Source: Spirochaetia bacterium (GTDB lineage Bacteria; Spirochaetota; Spirochaetia; SZUA-6; Bin103). Taken from it: a DNA stretch of 64,000 nucleotides. Of this stretch, positions 60,775-64,000 are shown one piece after another; positions within the stretch are counted from its first letter, which is position 1, and every line of letters begins with the position of its first letter. Made by a program: the position numbers and the translations under genes. The DNA is taken from NCBI GenBank assembly GCA_965208575.1, contig CBDBOV010000003.1:608001-672000 (forward strand), in the 5' to 3' direction. The notes under the pieces were generated by a model that saw nothing but the letters and a program-made list of their open reading frames with translations, ran no database searches and was not told where the DNA came from.

Positions 60775-62544
60775 CTAGCCGCCCATTTCTTTCTTCAGCG
60801 CCTGGTCGATCCAGAGGCGGGCATAGACGGCGTTCTTGTTCCAGACCCCCATGTAGAAGTCACCGTCGAAGCCCTGCAGCCACGGCTGGGTGACGTTGAA
60901 CCATGGATTCAGGCCTCCCCACATGAAGATGTGGTTCTCCACGAGCCAGTAATCTGCCTCTTTGCCGAGCCGCTGATATTCCTCCGCGGTGGCAGCCACT
61001 CTCAGTTGCTCGATCAGTGCGTCGTACTCCGGGTCACTGAGTCCGGGGACGTTATTGTCGGCGCCGGACGCCTTGTGGGGCAGAATAATGAGAGGGCGAT
61101 ATGGGGTTCCCTGACTCCAGTTGCCGATGCCGTCATACTCGCCCTTGCCACCCCGGAAGCTGGCCTGGAACGTAGGCCAGTCCATTTGCCGGATCTCGAC
61201 CTGGACCCCGATCTCGGCAAGGTAGCCCTGGACGATCTCACGATGCCCGATACTCGCGGGGTTGGCGATGATGTCGCTGATCGTGAATCGAATGCCGTCG
61301 GCGCCGCGCGGATACCCGGCCTCGTCGAGGAGCTTCTCGGCAGCTTCCGGGTCGTACCGGTAGTACTGCTTGACCTCCTCGGGCCACTCCGCATACGGAA
61401 TCGCAAATCCGGTGGCGGGCTGTATCGACCCCATGGGTTCGGGCCGCATCCAACCCTTGTAGTAGGTGTTGTTGATCGTTTCGAGGTCGACCGCCATCTG
61501 TATTGCGTGGCGCACGCGGATGTCGTCGAAGGGTGGCTTGGTCACGTTGAAGGCAGCGCTCTCCCCCGCCCGAAAATAGTACGCGTTCACCCTCAGTTCG
61601 GGGTTGGTCCGCTGCAGGCTGTCGATCGGGTCCACCGTGAAGAACTGACCGTGGCCGTTGTGCGCCAGGTAGTCGATCTGGCCGGTGCGCATGGCCGATA
61701 CGCGCGTCGCTTGGTCTGGCATGATCAGTCTGACCAACTCGTCGACGTAGGGCAGGCGGTTCTCGGGGTACTTCTCGTCGTGGCCCCAGTAGTCGGGATT
61801 CTTGACCCAGGTCATGGAGCTGCCGTCGACCCAGTCCGTCAGCATGAAGGGACCGGTACCGACCAGGTTCCGCCAGTCGGCGACGTCGCCGTGCTGCTCG
61901 ATCACCTCGGGGGCGTTTACGAACCCGATATTGTCGTCGATCAGCACCAACAGCGCATCGAGGGGTGGATCTACCAGCTTGACCTCGACCGTATATTTGT
62001 CGGTGGCGGTGACCGATTCCCATGACATCGCGGGGTATCGGGTGTTCTGGTCGCTGGTGCGCCAGCGCTCGATGTTGTACACCACGTCCTCGGCGGTCAG
62101 CTCGCGACCGTTCATCGGCGCCTTGTCGTGCCAGCGAACGCCCTGACGGATGTGGAAGATATAGGTCGAAGGGTCGGGGATGTCCCAGCTTTCGGCCAGA
62201 GCCGGGGCAAAATGGTCTTCGAGCAGGAACTCGTTGGCGAGATTGTTCACGCTCCGATCGATGCCCCAGTTGGCGATGCCGAGCTTCTCGACGACGCCGC
62301 TGGCGGCAGATCCTGCCCCGATACCACCGACCATCGCGTCGGAGTTCGGCGGCTCCCACGAGGCGCCGTAGGTCAGCGTCCCACCATACTCCGGCGCCGT
62401 GTACACGATGCCGTTGGTGGGATCGGTGACGTACTTCTTGTCGGCGGCGGCTGCCGCGCCGGCGCTCTCGCTCTCGCCGGCGGCGAACGAAACGGTGGCC
62501 GCCAGCGCGAACGCCAGTGCCATCGATACGAATCTGGAAACCAT
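60775..62544 (-). CDS. Family-5 ABC substrate-binding protein, copy D, 589 aa, in operon with dppBC
   Basis: Same motifs and RBS as copies A-C. Confidence 0.93.
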   Translation of the reverse strand: MVSRFVSMALAFALAATVSFAAGESESAGAAAAADKKYVTDPTNGIVYTAPEYGGTLTYGASWEPPNSDAMVGGIGAGSAASGVVEKLGIANWGIDRSVNNLANEFLLEDHFAPALAESWDIPDPSTYIFHIRQGVRWHDKAPMNGRELTAEDVVYNIERWRTSDQNTRYPAMSWESVTATDKYTVEVKLVDPPLDALLVLIDDNIGFVNAPEVIEQHGDVADWRNLVGTGPFMLTDWVDGSSMTWVKNPDYWGHDEKYPENRLPYVDELVRLIMPDQATRVSAMRTGQIDYLAHNGHGQFFTVDPIDSLQRTNPELRVNAYYFRAGESAAFNVTKPPFDDIRVRHAIQMAVDLETINNTYYKGWMRPEPMGSIQPATGFAIPYAEWPEEVKQYYRYDPEAAEKLLDEAGYPRGADGIRFTISDIIANPASIGHREIVQGYLAEIGVQVEIRQMDWPTFQASFRGGKGEYDGIGNWSQGTPYRPLIILPHKASGADNNVPGLSDPEYDALIEQLRVAATAEEYQRLGKEADYWLVENHIFMWGGLNPWFNVTQPWLQGFDGDFYMGVWNKNAVYARLWIDQALKKEMGG

Positions 62545-62854
62545 ACTGGTTCCTCCTCTCGGGCCGCCATGCGGTGACCCACTTGTGCGCTTGCTGCCGG
62601 CAACGCCGGCCGGTGTGGCTGGTGGATGGGGGAGATGAAAGAGATGCGGGTGGCTGGCCGAGGCAGTGGAACGGTGGATGTGCGGACCTATGGCCGCCGC
62701 CGCTACGCTGATCGACGGTGCCGCGGTCAGCACCACGCCGCGCGCTCGGTCGTCGCGTGCTTGGCTCGGGCGCTTCGCTGTGCACAACTGTCCGGTTAGT
62801 GCGGACATCAGGCGGCGGCTGGGCTGGATCATGTCGTCACCCATTACCCATGCA

Positions 62855-62884
62855 AGTATAGACGGCCCGCTCGGGTCAGCGCAA
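62855..62884 (-). promoter_or_regulatory. Sigma70-type promoter of SBP copy D
   Basis: TTGCGC-N18-TATACT. Confidence 0.65.
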
Positions 62885-62900
62885 GTTCGCGCATTGACTC

Positions 62901-64000
62901 GGGTGCATTCCGTCAGTGTGGTAGCGGTCAGGCAGCCTCAAGCTGGATCTGGTTGGATTCTGGGGTGGGCGATGAGGGCAACAGGCTCTCGAAATCGTCC
63001 CAGAAGCGACGGCTCTTCGCCGAAGCGCGGAGCTGAAGCATCTCCTTGGCTCCGTCCAGCGACCAAGTCATCCCACTCTGCTTCATGCGCTTGGCGACGA
63101 CGTTCTTGCAGGCTCCCTCGACTACACCGCTGCCGATCGGCAGACCGCACGATCGATACAGCGGGTAGTCCATGCGGTGCTGGTTGGCCGTGAAGTAGTT
63201 GATCTCGCCCTGGAGGTCGTAGCACTGCTTCTCGCTGTAGCGGCCACTGACGTGCAGTTCCTGCAGTTCCTTGATTACGGCGGCGACGCAGCCCTTGCGC
63301 AGCAGGCTGCGCCAGCGCTTGAAGGATCTCTTGAACTGCTCGCTGCCCTCGCCGTACAACACCTTGCCGATCTTCCCCAAGTGGTCGCAGGCATGCCAGA
63401 AATCGAGGATGTGCCAGACCTTCTGCCCGGGTTCGGACAGCTGGGAGACCCGGTCCCATATCCAATGCGCTCCATCGCCCAGAATCACCAGCACCAGCGC
63501 TGCCAGGTGAGCGCTGCGCCGGCTCATTTCCACCTCGATCCGGGGAAAGAACTCATCAGCATGCTCGATCCCGGTGACACAGGAGGTCTTGGTGCAGTGC
63601 GCTGCACCCTCCCGGTCCACCTTCACCGCTGATACCGTCGCTACCTTGGAGTCCCGAAACACGCGATCGTAACTCTTTTTCCCATCTTCAGTTACCCGCT
63701 CGTTCGCGCGTGTCGCCACCTTCCCCGCGTCGATGCCCACGACCATCGTCCCGGTGATCTCTTCGCGCACCGCCACCGGCTCGTCGGCACGCTCGACAAT
63801 CTCCCGCTGGCGTTGCTCCGCCAACCCGTCAGTAACCGCCCGCACCATCTCGAACGCCTTGTTCATCGACACCAGCTCCCGCCCGTCAGGCCGCAACACC
63901 TCGTGGAATTGCGCCAGACCCTGCTCGTAGGACTGCTCGGCGCACCACCGCGCCATGAAGTACTGGCACCCAGGCGTGTACCCGCCCGCGATACCCAGTT
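62901..64000 (-). mobile_element. ISKra4-family insertion sequence, partial
   Basis: Transposase ORF ending at 62928; probable terminus GGGTGCA at 62901. Confidence 0.7.
62928..64000 (-). CDS. ISKra4/UPF0236-family transposase; 5' end outside the window
   Basis: LGDGAHWIW, ILDFWHACDHL, MDYPLYRSCGLPIGSGVVEGACK...RMKQSGMTWS; frame open to the window end. Confidence 0.88.
   Translation of the reverse strand, partial: LGIAGGYTPGCQYFMARWCAEQSYEQGLAQFHEVLRPDGRELVSMNKAFEMVRAVTDGLAEQRQREIVERADEPVAVREEITGTMVVGIDAGKVATRANERVTEDGKKSYDRVFRDSKVATVSAVKVDREGAAHCTKTSCVTGIEHADEFFPRIEVEMSRRSAHLAALVLVILGDGAHWIWDRVSQLSEPGQKVWHILDFWHACDHLGKIGKVLYGEGSEQFKRSFKRWRSLLRKGCVAAVIKELQELHVSGRYSEKQCYDLQGEINYFTANQHRMDYPLYRSCGLPIGSGVVEGACKNVVAKRMKQSGMTWSLDGAKEMLQLRASAKSRRFWDDFESLLPSSPTPESNQIQLEAA

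Noticed and set aside
34212-62544. Diversity-generating retroelement as the cause of SBP variation
   Set aside because: No reverse transcriptase or TR/VR pair in the window; differences span the whole gene and do not look adenine-restricted.
25832-62884. Pure assembly artefact as the explanation of the repeats
   Set aside because: Copies differ by many coherent in-frame substitutions and have distinct nested deletion junctions. This makes it unlikely, but it is not excluded without reads.

Overview
High-GC bacterial DNA with no rRNA, tRNA or CRISPR array. The 'FAAGE-x-x-SAGAAA' N-termini of the binding proteins and the Tro-type metal operon hint at a Spirochaetota genome, but this is weak inference. 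The left ~25 kb holds ordinary transport and metabolic operons: a BMP/nucleoside ABC system, an NMT1/NitT ABC system, a TIM-barrel plus Gfo/Idh/MocA pair, a Tro/Mnt metal ABC system whose two permeases both carry DtxR-like domains, a Yip1-MacAB-type exporter, an orphan ParA and a desaturase. The right ~38 kb (25.8-62.9 kb) is a four-unit tandem amplification of an ancestral block: permease-FG-GAP/ASPIC fusion (+), variable cargo, then dppC-dppB-dppA-like SBP (-). All four SBP copies are intact (589 aa each), keep their own sigma70-like promoter, are mosaics of each other and differ in short clustered patches. The permeases survive only in the last unit, and other duplicated genes are frameshifted or reduced to 13-175 bp relics. 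Each unit carries its own, different toxin-antitoxin module(s). My lead hypothesis is a TA-stabilised, recombination-diversified 'accordion' of solute receptors sharing one permease. IS1634 and ISKra4 transposases and tiny IS-end relics are also present. All family assignments are from motif recognition by eye, not database searches.
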